A stretch of DNA of 64,000 nucleotides from an uncultured Clostridia bacterium (lineage in GTDB: Bacteria; Bacillota; Clostridia; TANB77; CAG-508), in the NCBI GenBank assembly GCA_944386695.1, contig CALXCB010000001.1:6620-70619 (forward strand). Direction: 5' to 3'. The position numbers and the translations under genes were made by a program. Under the pieces are notes generated by a model. That model had not been told where the DNA came from. It saw only the letters and a program-made list of their open reading frames with translations, and did no database searches. Every line of letters starts with the position of its first letter. Position 1 is the stretch's first letter. This document shows, in pieces, positions 1-9,019 of the stretch.

Positions 1-1687
1 CTATTGAAGCTCTAAAATCTTTATCCCCTGTTGATATACCATCTTTGTCAACATCTATATTTTGACTTGAATAATAATATCCTCCAATTAATATTCCATT
101 ATCTTTTGTAGATACTATGTCTGTAAACATCATTGTAGCATTATTTGCAGATGAAGATCCTATTTTTGAATTTAAATCATAAAGATTTTTTATAAAATCG
201 CCATTTTTAGATAAAATCATTAAATTTGAAGTAATTCCATTATTTGGACTAGTATAAATTGTAGTATAATCTGTTTCTCCAGATTTTCTTCCTTTTACCA
301 TATCACTACAAGCAATAGATATTACTAGAGTATTTTCTTTTGTAGTAGCTAGTGCTGTTGTTCGCAAAAATTTACTATTAGAGAATATGTTTTTTGCTGC
401 AGAGCAAAGTTCATAATACCACTGTAATTCGCCTTTTAAAGAGTAATTTATAATTACTCCATCTTCATAATCTTCTAAATAACTTGAAATTTTATTGTTG
501 TCATCTATTTTTATATTTCCTTTGTAATTAATTGCTACTGCTATACTATTTTCTACTTGTGTTATATCACATATTTCTATATAATCTTTTCCTACTATTT
601 TTTTGCTCCAATTATATTTACCTATTTGCGAATAAGATGCTATAAATGAGTTTTTTTCTCCCTCGTTTTGTATTTTTTCTAAAATGTTATGCTCTGAATT
701 ATTCTCATAAAAATTGAGTGTATTGCTTTCAAAATTTCCTATAATATCTACATCTCCACTTGATGTTTCTATTACTTTAACTATTTCGTCATCCAAATTG
801 CCACCTATTCTAGTACTCCACTCATAATTACCATTTTGATCTATTTTTAATATAAATCCATCTTTGTTAAGCATATCATAATTTGACTTAGATAGATCTT
901 CTATAATTTTTTCATCTAAATATATTACAGAACTTGATGTATACCCTACAATTACATATCCTCCATCTTGTGTTTGGATAATTTCATTACAACTATCATC
1001 ATCAATTCCTCCAAATGTTTTCGACCATGAATAATTTCCTTTTTCATCATATGAAATAATAATACCATCATTTCCTCCTTCTGATTTTTCATCAACTATA
1101 CCATCTGAATTTAAATCAATTCCATCATAAAAATCTTTTGCTATTTCAACAGAATATTCTGAAATTGATCCTACAGCAATCACTTCTCCTGTATTATTAA
1201 TAATTGTTGATTTTATATAATCCCAAGAATATCCATTAATTCCTTTTATCCATTCTGACATATCAAGTTCAGGCAGACCTATTTTAAAATAATATGTTCT
1301 ATCTTCCTCTTTTTCTTCTAATTTATATGCTTCATTTGCAGATATTTCTATTGCTTTATATATACCTTGTGGAAGTTTTGCTTTTATTATTCCGTTTTTG
1401 TCTGTTGTAAGTACTTGTTGATTTTTTCCATCTAAATCTGTAATTTCAAATTTTGTTCCCTCAATTGGTTCAAATGTTTCCCCATCTTGCTTATATAAAG
1501 TAAATTCTGTTGTCGTTTCTGACTCTGATTTAATCTCAGTTGCAGATTTATATCTATATGTTGATTTACTGTTAATTAAAGATTTGACATTAAAAATTTC
1601 TGAATACCTATTTTGAATTAATATTATTGTATTAATTATAATTAATATGAATAAAACTTTTTTTATATTTTTTAATTTTTTGTTCAT
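1..1687 (-). CDS. Secreted or anchored protein with an N-terminal signal anchor, a Cna-B/SpaA-like Ig domain and beta-propeller (SBBP-like) repeats; the C-terminus runs off the window
   Basis: The minus-strand frame is open from the ATG at 1685-1687 (MNKKLKNIKKVLFILIIIINTIIL...) to the window edge. It is absent from the ORF track because there is no stop in the window. TEFTLYKQDGETFEPIEGTKFEITDLDGK...GIYKAIEISANEAYKL is Cna-B-like. There are repeated Y.WSK..GG..DD...I....DGG.V.VGY units. Confidence 0.6.
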   Translation of the reverse strand, partial: MNKKLKNIKKVLFILIIINTIILIQNRYSEIFNVKSLINSKSTYRYKSATEIKSESETTTEFTLYKQDGETFEPIEGTKFEITDLDGKNQQVLTTDKNGIIKAKLPQGIYKAIEISANEAYKLEEKEEDRTYYFKIGLPELDMSEWIKGINGYSWDYIKSTIINNTGEVIAVGSISEYSVEIAKDFYDGIDLNSDGIVDEKSEGGNDGIIISYDEKGNYSWSKTFGGIDDDSCNEIIQTQDGGYVIVGYTSSSVIYLDEKIIEDLSKSNYDMLNKDGFILKIDQNGNYEWSTRIGGNLDDEIVKVIETSSGDVDIIGNFESNTLNFYENNSEHNILEKIQNEGEKNSFIASYSQIGKYNWSKKIVGKDYIEICDITQVENSIAVAINYKGNIKIDDNNKISSYLEDYEDGVIINYSLKGELQWYYELCSAAKNIFSNSKFLRTTALATTKENTLVISIACSDMVKGRKSGETDYTTIYTSPNNGITSNLMILSKNGDFIKNLYDLNSKIGSSSANNATMMFTDIVSTKDNGILIGGYYYSSQNIDVDKDGISTGDKDFRASI

Positions 1688-1743
1688 TATGTTTATTTAT
1701 GTTAGCTTATTTTGTTTCTAACTATATTTTCTCCTTTCTATTT

Positions 1744-3015
1744 TTATTTTAATAAAAGAATTGCTCTACTTCCTGTTCTTGGTAACTTTGCATCTATTTC
1801 TTGATAACTTCTATAGCTACATGATTTTTCAGAATCAGAATATGAGTTATAATATCCTCCTCTATAGCTAAAATAATAACTATACCCTCCTAGAGTTAAT
1901 TCATTTACATTTCCAGCCATATCATAAATATTATTTACCTTGGTATATTCCGAACTTCCAGCAGGTATTAATTTTGAATTGTTACTTCCTGGTTCTTTTA
2001 ATAATATATTGCCAGTCACGTCTGTATAATACTTAAATGATGAATCTCTATAGTTTCCCCACAAATTAGAGTTGCTTATATCTTCATATGTTTTAACTCC
2101 AGTATCAATAAACCATTGTATAGTATAATCCCATAAAGAACTCCATATCATTGAGGTTATTATGTTTTCATTTTCTTTTTTTAGCTTTTTAGTTTTTTGA
2201 TACATATCAGTCCAACTTTGTTCTGATAAATTTTCATTCAATCTTCTGATTGTTACCTCATTATCTACTAGCCCACTTTCATATCTACCTATATAAAAAC
2301 CTCCATATTTTTTTATACTTTTTATCATCTCGTAATAATTTTGTTCTAATTCTCTTAATAATTCTTCTCGATTTTTATTTAATCTTAATTGTAATGTCAT
2401 TTCACTAACAATATTGGTATTTGCTCCATATCCTAAACCTGGTTCAAAGTAATTAGTCGATACTTTTACATCAACTTTACCATTTATATCTTTCCACCCT
2501 AGTGGACTTCTTCCATCTTGAGTATATGAATATAATTTTCCCCATATCTTTCCATTGCTATCTACACCATATATACTATTAATCTGTTCTTCATTTACAG
2601 GAATCCATACATATTGATTATAACTAGATTGTAGCTGTAATAACTCCTTTTCTTTGCTACTTGTATTTGAATTTTCTTCTGCTAAATCTTCATTTTTAAT
2701 ACTATTCCAGTCTATATCTTTTTTGTTACATTCATAAATTACAAACCCTCCATTTACTGTTGTTTCTCCTTCTATCTTAGAAGCTGTGTACCCTTCAGGC
2801 ACAGGAACGAAATTTCCATCACTGCTTTCTACATATGAAATATTTGTTGTTTCTTGAATTAGTTTTGATGAATTTTTTGATTTTAAAATTATTTTTTCAC
2901 TTAAAATCGATTGAATAAATGATTTGATTAATATTGAAAAAATTAATATTGTAATTATAAAAATGACTAGAAATAAAAAATTTTTTAAAAATTTTATTGA
3001 CCTTCTCGCAATAAT
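1744..3015 (-). CDS. Membrane-anchored FGE-sulfatase/SUMF1-family domain protein with a probable non-canonical ATT start
   Basis: The C-terminal MAGNVNELTLGG...YRGGYYNSY...CSYRSY pattern is typical of formylglycine-generating-enzyme-like domains. The frame stays open upstream of the tracked GTG (2802) and encodes a signal anchor (FLFLVIFIITILIFSILI). An AAAGGAGGG SD precedes it, and there is no ATG, GTG or TTG in between. Confidence 0.55.
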   Translation of the reverse strand: MIARRSIKFLKNFLFLVIFIITILIFSILIKSFIQSILSEKIILKSKNSSKLIQETTNISYVESSDGNFVPVPEGYTASKIEGETTVNGGFVIYECNKKDIDWNSIKNEDLAEENSNTSSKEKELLQLQSSYNQYVWIPVNEEQINSIYGVDSNGKIWGKLYSYTQDGRSPLGWKDINGKVDVKVSTNYFEPGLGYGANTNIVSEMTLQLRLNKNREELLRELEQNYYEMIKSIKKYGGFYIGRYESGLVDNEVTIRRLNENLSEQSWTDMYQKTKKLKKENENIITSMIWSSLWDYTIQWFIDTGVKTYEDISNSNLWGNYRDSSFKYYTDVTGNILLKEPGSNNSKLIPAGSSEYTKVNNIYDMAGNVNELTLGGYSYYFSYRGGYYNSYSDSEKSCSYRSYQEIDAKLPRTGSRAILLLK

Positions 3016-3081
3016 CCCTCCTTTTAAATTTTGTTTTGAGATATTTTTTATATCTCTTGTGTTTTATGTTAACATAAAATT

Positions 3082-3944
3082 TTAATTTTGACAATATTTT
3101 TTTCCATTTTTTTCTATTTTTTCATCGCAAATTTCGACTTTTTTTTGTAAATTCGGGACCTTTTGGACCGGTTGTTTTTGGTTCCAAATTTCATTTATTG
3201 TTTTTCTTCCTATTGTAATTATTCTTGCTATTTGCCTTTGGCTTACACCTTGTATCTTTTTTAATTCTTTTATTTTTTCTATATTTCCATTCTCTTTGAA
3301 AAATTTACCTATTTTTTTACAGAGTCTATTTTGAATCTTTTCATTATAATATCTATAACTTCTTCATCTTTCAAATTATTAGATAGTTCAAAATCCGCAA
3401 AATTCATTATCTCTTCTATGCTATCAATTTTATTTGTATATTTAACAAAACTCTCTACCTCATTATTAAAATAATGTAGTAATATTTTTTTATCTATCAA
3501 TATTTCTCTTCCTACATATTCTTGATAGCTACTCCATTTATAAGTATTAGTTTTTTCTATTCCTGCTTTTTCTGGATTTCTATGGACATACCTACAGACT
3601 TCTAAAAAATATCTTTGATTTTCAATATTCTTACTTTTAAATCTATTTTGAACAAATGGACCTTTTCGATCATATTTTTTATTGAAATAACTTGCATATC
3701 GAATTGTCAAACTTTGCATTGCTTTTGATAAAAACTCATCTTCTATTTTAATTACCATATGCACATGATTGCCCATCAAACAATAAGCATACAGTTTATA
3801 ATGATATTCTTTTTTAGTTATTTTTAATCTATCTAAAAATATTTTTCTATCTTGATTATCATAAAAAATATTATTATCATCAATTCCTTTTAGAATTATA
3901 TGATAAATTTTTGAATTACTATATTTTCTTTTTATTCTTGACAA
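3082..3944 (-). CDS. RayT/IS200-like Y1 (HUH) tyrosine transposase, with the catalytic part (3309-3944) and a C-terminal HTH (3082-3318) in the -1 frame across an A7 run
   Basis: YHIILKG...LMGNHVHMVI...RFKS...YVHRNPEKAG are HUH/Y1 motifs. The downstream -1 frame encodes ...IGKFFKENGNIEKIKELKKIQGVSQRQIARIITIGRKTINEIW, which is HTH-like. The A7 run lies at 3312-3318. Confidence 0.75.
3155..3185. repeat. REP-A palindromic unit, a degenerate copy inverted relative to the 3971-4032 copies
   Basis: GGGACCTTTTGGACCGGTTGTTTTTGGTTCC is the reverse-complement match to GAACCAAAAAGAACCGGTCCAAATGGTTC. Confidence 0.7.
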
Positions 3945-3970
3945 TAAATTTCATCTCCTTTTTTCTTTTT

Positions 3971-4032
3971 GGAGCCAAAAAGAACCGGTCCAAATGGTTC
4001 GAAGAACCAAAAAGAACCGGTCCAAATGGTTC
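3971..4032. repeat. REP-A, two tandem direct units
   Basis: GGAGCCAAAAAGAACCGGTCCAAATGGTTC is followed by GAAGAACCAAAAAGAACCGGTCCAAATGGTTCC. Each unit has a GAACCA...TGGTTC stem. Confidence 0.8.
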
Positions 4033-4083
4033 CTTTTGCTATAATTCAAACTGTGTTGTGTATCTTCGAGGGAAGAAAATTTG

Positions 4084-5514
4084 TTATATAATATTATTTA
4101 TTTCATTTATCATATTATATACTCTTTCATCATTATATGTTCTATTTTCAAAAAGTATATCTAAAAAATTAGTATCACTCATAATAAATTCAATAAAATT
4201 CTTACAAATAGAATCATCAAATAATCCAAGCCAATTATAATATTCTATAGATGCTCCTCCTTCAAGGTATTTAGCTGCTTTTAACTCTTTTATTTTTAAT
4301 TTATATGAAGAAAACCTTACTAATATTTTAAATACTTCATATTTTTTTTCATTATTATAATTTACATTGCACTCCTTTTTATTATATTGCTCAAATTGAT
4401 TTTCTAGTTTTCTTCCTGTGTTTCTATCATAATTTATTAATAATATTTTATTATAAACTGTTTCCTTATTTTCTAATAATAAGTATTTATATTCATCATT
4501 ATGAAAAATGTGTATAATTATAAAATACAACACTAAAATAATATTATATATATTACTTAAGTCAATATTTTTTCTTATTAAATATTCTTTTATTGAAATA
4601 TATTTCCTTAACACTTTCTTTATATGTCTAGAATTGCTAAAAGCAATACTATCAAAAAAATCCACTATTTTTTTCGAATCCTCATGGCTAATATTCATAA
4701 TCTTAACAATACTATCTTCAAAATTTTCTACATTTATATTATTGCTTATACTAAAATTAATAGGAAATATTTTTTCTAAATATTCATCTGCTTTGTTGAA
4801 ATCATTATTATATTTATTTTGCAATGCTAAAGTAACAGCTTTTTTATCTATTCCAATTATAAATATAATATTTTTATTTACAGATAATAGCAATTTTATA
4901 GAAGATATTAGATTAATAATATTTTCTGATTCACATCTATCCAAATCATCTAAAAATACAACTAATTTTTTATTATTAAAAGTCATTTTACTATATTCTT
5001 TTTCGAATTCATCTATTTTTTCCCACAAGCATTTATTATCTTTTATATTTTTTACTCTTTCTTCATCTAATTTTTGTACCTCATCTATAGCCTCTCCTGG
5101 CTTTATATTTATTATTCCTAAATTAACATCTATTCCCTTTGCCATGCTTTTTAATATACTGTATCCTATTTCTAGTATATTTTTTCCACTTTCTTTTAAT
5201 TTACTGATTTTCTTATCCTTAGTCATAAATTTTAGCAATGAATATGGTAAATTATCATCTTTTTCATATTTCCAAGTGTCAAACCATACTGTTTCAAATT
5301 TATTTTCAGGCAAGTTACTTTGTATTGTTTTCATTAAGCAACTTTTACCAATTCCCCATGGACCATATATAGCAATTAAATTGTTTTTTTCTAATAATTG
5401 CTTACTATCCTCTAGATTTAAAAAATTACAAATTGCTATTGCTTTATCATAAGTTCCGAACATATCATTTTCCCTATTTAATACTTTTATTTCTTCAATT
5501 AAACTTTCCTCCAT
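4084..5514 (-). CDS. KAP-family P-loop NTPase
   Basis: It has the Walker A motif IYGPWGIGKSCL, the Walker B/KAP signature VVFLDDLDRC, and a hydrophobic insert YNIILVLYFIIIHIF. Confidence 0.8.
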   Translation of the reverse strand: MEESLIEEIKVLNRENDMFGTYDKAIAICNFLNLEDSKQLLEKNNLIAIYGPWGIGKSCLMKTIQSNLPENKFETVWFDTWKYEKDDNLPYSLLKFMTKDKKISKLKESGKNILEIGYSILKSMAKGIDVNLGIINIKPGEAIDEVQKLDEERVKNIKDNKCLWEKIDEFEKEYSKMTFNNKKLVVFLDDLDRCESENIINLISSIKLLLSVNKNIIFIIGIDKKAVTLALQNKYNNDFNKADEYLEKIFPINFSISNNINVENFEDSIVKIMNISHEDSKKIVDFFDSIAFSNSRHIKKVLRKYISIKEYLIRKNIDLSNIYNIILVLYFIIIHIFHNDEYKYLLLENKETVYNKILLINYDRNTGRKLENQFEQYNKKECNVNYNNEKKYEVFKILVRFSSYKLKIKELKAAKYLEGGASIEYYNWLGLFDDSICKNFIEFIMSDTNFLDILFENRTYNDERVYNMINEINNII

Positions 5515-5535
5515 TTACTTTCTCCTTGTCATATT

Positions 5536-6345
5536 TTATTTTAATAATTTTCTTTCATTATCTTTCATTAATATTTTCATTTGTGATATTGCTATTTGAT
5601 TTAATTTATACAACCTTTGAGATTGTTGCATTCCTTCATTTATAAATATTGAATTTGTATTTTCTAAGTTTGCTAAACATATTAATTCATTTATACTTGC
5701 ATAATCTCTTATATTTCCTTTTTTATTTGGATTCTTTTCTCTCCATTCTTTTGCTGTCATTCCAAATAATGCCATATTTAATACATCAGCTTCTTCGGCA
5801 TATACTAAATTTACTTGCTTATTCGTTAATTCTTTAGGTATTAAATTGTTTTTTATTGCATCTGTATGTATTATATAATTAATCTTACTTAATTCTCTTT
5901 TAGCACTCCAACCTATTTCTCTTTGTTCATTTGCTTTTAATCTTTCAAACTCTTGAATTAAATATATTTTAAACTCTACTGAAACCCATGAAGCAAATTC
6001 AAAAGCAATATCTCTATGTGCATATGTTCCACCACCTTTGCCAGATTTAGAAACTAATCCTATAGCATCTGTTGATTCTATCCATTTTTGTGGAGCTAAT
6101 GTAAAACTATTTAATCCAGCCTCTTTTTTAAAGGCCTCGAATTCGATGCCTTTAAAATTTGGGTTGTGTATTAATTCCCAAATTCCTAAAAACTCTATTG
6201 TATTTCTATTCCTTATCCAATTTTGTATCACACCTTTTGGATTTTCTCTATTTTTATATCTAGCAATATCTGTTAAAGATATATATTCCTCATTATCTAC
6301 TAGAGTTATATTTATAGCTTGCTTCTTTACTATTAACGTTTTCAT
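5536..6345 (-). CDS. KilA-N domain-containing protein
   Basis: ISLTDIARYKN...VIQNWIRNRNTIEFLGIWE...GTYAHRDIAFEFASWVSVEFKIYLI matches the KilA-N/Bro-N pattern. It is co-directional with the KAP gene, 21 nt upstream of it. Confidence 0.75.
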   Translation of the reverse strand: MKTLIVKKQAINITLVDNEEYISLTDIARYKNRENPKGVIQNWIRNRNTIEFLGIWELIHNPNFKGIEFEAFKKEAGLNSFTLAPQKWIESTDAIGLVSKSGKGGGTYAHRDIAFEFASWVSVEFKIYLIQEFERLKANEQREIGWSAKRELSKINYIIHTDAIKNNLIPKELTNKQVNLVYAEEADVLNMALFGMTAKEWREKNPNKKGNIRDYASINELICLANLENTNSIFINEGMQQSQRLYKLNQIAISQMKILMKDNERKLLK

Positions 6346-6470
6346 TGTACCACATCCTTTTTGCTGATTTTATCAAACATTTGTTTTAATGTCAAGTGAA
6401 TAAAAATTATTTTTTAGATTTTGCACAAAATTTTAACTATTTAAAGTTTCCATAAAAATAAAGTATATGT

Positions 6471-6665
6471 TTATATATCATATACTTTATTTTCTTTATC
6501 ATTTTTCACTATTTCTACCCCAAAATATTCAAGTGGCAAAGCCCACTTAACATTAAATTTTCTACCATTTATAATATTTTTCATTTGGTCTTTGTGTTTC
6601 GTGGAGATATTCTCAAAATGCTCTTTCTCATATGCTACAAAATATTCTACTTTTTCATCCGTCAA
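6471..6665 (-). CDS. Small hypothetical protein (64 aa), possibly translationally coupled to the ABC gene
   Basis: Its TTG start overlaps the TGA stop of the upstream ABC gene. No recognisable motifs. Confidence 0.2.
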   Translation of the reverse strand: MTDEKVEYFVAYEKEHFENISTKHKDQMKNIINGRKFNVKWALPLEYFGVEIVKNDKENKVYDI

Positions 6666-9019
6666 AGCTCGTCGAATTGACTGTTATATAAATCTGCATA
6701 AAATCCTTGTTTTGCCATTAATTGATCATGATTTCCTTGTTCTATAATGTTTCCATCATTTACTACTAAAATCAAGTCAGCATTTTTTATTGTAGATAAT
6801 CTGTGAGCAATAATGAATGATGTCTTGCCCTCTGTTAATTTGTCCATTGCTTTTTGTACAAGCTCCTCTGTTCTTGTATCTACATTTGATGTTGCTTCAT
6901 CTAGTATTAAGAATGGTGTATTTTTTGTCATTCCTCTTGCTATTGTAAGTAATTGTTTTTGTCCTGCTGATACAGCATCATTATCTGAAAGAAGTGTATC
7001 TAATCCATGTGGTAATGTTTTTACAAAGTGGTCTAATCCTACTGTTTTGCATATTTCTCTTACTTCTTCATCTGTGATATTTTCGTTATTGTAAACTATG
7101 TTTTCTCTGATTGTTCCATCAAATAACCATGTATCTTGCAAAACCATTGTAAATAAATCATGTATGTTTTCTCTTGTTAATTCCTTTGTTGATATTCCAT
7201 CTATTTTTATATCTCCTGAATTTATTTCATAGAATTTCATAAGTAAGTTTACTAGGGTTGTTTTTCCTGCTCCTGTTGGTCCTACTATTGCTATCTTTTG
7301 ACCTGGTTCTGTTTTTGCACTAAAGTTCTTTATTGTAGGTTTAGGATTGTTGTCATATTGGAAAACAACATTATCAAATTCGATATTTCCTTTTACTTTT
7401 TCTTTATCAAGTTTTTTAGTTAACGAACTTTCGTCACTCATTTCTGCTTCATCTAAAAATTCAAATACTCTTTCACTAGCTGCTCCTGTTGATTGAAGCG
7501 ATGTCATTGCTTGAGCTATTTGCGATAAAGGTGATGTAAATAATCTTACATATGTAATAAATGCAACTATTACACCAAATGAGATTATATCATTCATTGT
7601 AAGTAATGCCCCAACTATACATACTGCAACATATCCAAAGTTTCCTATAAAGTTCATTATTGGTTGCATAAGTCCTGATAAGAATTGACTTTTTCTATTA
7701 GCTTCATATACATTTCTATTTAAAACATCAAATTTTTCATCAGCTAGTCTTTTGCCATTATATACTTTTACAACATTTAATCCTGTATAAATTTCTTCTA
7801 TATGACCATTCAATTTTCCTAATTCGACTTGTCTTGCTACGAAATATTTTTGTGATTTTCCTAAAATCAAAAACATAAATACAAATCCTATCAAACTCGC
7901 AAATATTGCTGTAAGTGCCATTATCCAGTTTGTATAGAACATCATTATTATTGTTCCTAAAAATAATGTTGTACTACTTACTAATGTTGCTAATGATTGG
8001 TTCATGCTTTGTGCTATTGTATCCACATCATTTGTTACTCTTGATAAAATGTCTCCTTTTGCGTTTTTGTCAAAATATCTTAATGGTAATTTATTTATTT
8101 TTATAGATATTCTGCTTCTTAAACTTTTTGCAAATTTGTTTGCAACATCTGTCATTAAAATTGATTGTATGAATGTAAATATCGCACTGGCTGTATATAA
8201 TGATGCTAATATTAATGCTATTTTCTTTATTGCATCCATATCCATAAATGGTTCAATTACATCTTGTATGCTTTTTGGCATTTCATCTATTTTTGAATAT
8301 AGCTCTGTTTCATCAGTTTCATCAGTCATAGAACTCATTAATTCTATAAATTTAATTTGATCTTCTGATGATATTTTTGTTCCATCAATTTCGATTTCAT
8401 CTAATAATGCTTTTTTGATATTTTCAGGTATTGATGATATTGCATCTTCTTTCACTTCTCCTGTCTCTAAACTTCCTATTGCTTTTAAGAATTCTATCTT
8501 ATCTTCAGTTGATATTTCTATATCATGATATGAAGTTTCTGGAAGAATTACTTGTAAAATACTATCTGGAAGCTCGCTTATATAACTCATACCATTATTT
8601 GATGCTTCTGACTCTTGCATCTTAGCCATTACTGTTTGAAATTCTTGTTTGTCTTCTTCTGATATCTCACTAGACATCATAATTTGTGTTATTGTGTCTT
8701 CTGATAAATTCATTGATAATATTTCTTCAATTTTTGACTGCATATTTTCTTCATTAAGACTTGATGTTATTGTATCTGTTATTGTTTTTAAATTATCTGT
8801 ATTTATAACTAATCCTTCTGATATTTCATCTGTTAAAGTTGATAATTTATTTGGAGCAATTATAGACATTATTGAGCCTAGCACTGCTAGAATAAGTGCT
8901 ATATATACTAATATTCTAAAAGGTTTCAATTCAGAAAAAAGCCTTTTCATTGCTCCTTTAAAGTCTTTTGCTTTATCTGTTGGGTTTCCTCCTCTTCCCA
9001 TTGGTCCTCCTCTAGGCAT
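6662..9019 (-). CDS. ABC exporter fused permease/ATPase (heterodimer subunit) with a large acidic insert between TM1 and TM2
   Basis: It has GPTGAGKTT, the signature SAGQKQLL and LILDEATS. Its 785 aa compare with about 590 aa for the partner subunit. Confidence 0.9.
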   Translation of the reverse strand: MPRGGPMGRGGNPTDKAKDFKGAMKRLFSELKPFRILVYIALILAVLGSIMSIIAPNKLSTLTDEISEGLVINTDNLKTITDTITSSLNEENMQSKIEEILSMNLSEDTITQIMMSSEISEEDKQEFQTVMAKMQESEASNNGMSYISELPDSILQVILPETSYHDIEISTEDKIEFLKAIGSLETGEVKEDAISSIPENIKKALLDEIEIDGTKISSEDQIKFIELMSSMTDETDETELYSKIDEMPKSIQDVIEPFMDMDAIKKIALILASLYTASAIFTFIQSILMTDVANKFAKSLRSRISIKINKLPLRYFDKNAKGDILSRVTNDVDTIAQSMNQSLATLVSSTTLFLGTIIMMFYTNWIMALTAIFASLIGFVFMFLILGKSQKYFVARQVELGKLNGHIEEIYTGLNVVKVYNGKRLADEKFDVLNRNVYEANRKSQFLSGLMQPIMNFIGNFGYVAVCIVGALLTMNDIISFGVIVAFITYVRLFTSPLSQIAQAMTSLQSTGAASERVFEFLDEAEMSDESSLTKKLDKEKVKGNIEFDNVVFQYDNNPKPTIKNFSAKTEPGQKIAIVGPTGAGKTTLVNLLMKFYEINSGDIKIDGISTKELTRENIHDLFTMVLQDTWLFDGTIRENIVYNNENITDEEVREICKTVGLDHFVKTLPHGLDTLLSDNDAVSAGQKQLLTIARGMTKNTPFLILDEATSNVDTRTEELVQKAMDKLTEGKTSFIIAHRLSTIKNADLILVVNDGNIIEQGNHDQLMAKQGFYADLYNSQFDEL

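Larger units (their letters stand above)
3155..4032 (-). mobile_element. REPtron-like unit: a RayT-like transposase gene bracketed by inverted REP-A copies
   Basis: The gene lies between oppositely oriented REP-A copies. More REP-A-like copies occur at 21793-21850 and at the ends of the 43799-44261 element. Confidence 0.6.

Noticed and set aside
2897-3094. A 65-aa minus-strand ORF lies between the transposase and the SUMF1-like gene.
   Set aside because: It overlaps, in another frame, the SD and signal-anchor region of the SUMF1-like gene. It is highly basic and low in complexity, and there is no SD.
3911-4240. A plus-strand ORF reads through the REP-A tandem.
   Set aside because: Its translation (..EEPKRTGPNGSF..) is simply the repeat read as protein, and it overlaps the KAP gene end in antisense.
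4508-5452. A long plus-strand ORF (314 aa) lies opposite the KAP NTPase gene.
   Set aside because: Its composition is F/L/I/S-rich and low in complexity, typical of the antisense frame of an AT-rich gene. It has no SD and no motifs. The same applies to 8004-8360, 8649-9026, 25833-26273, 36852-37268, 49101-49892, 52872-53282, 57981-58550, 61144-61569 and similar track ORFs.
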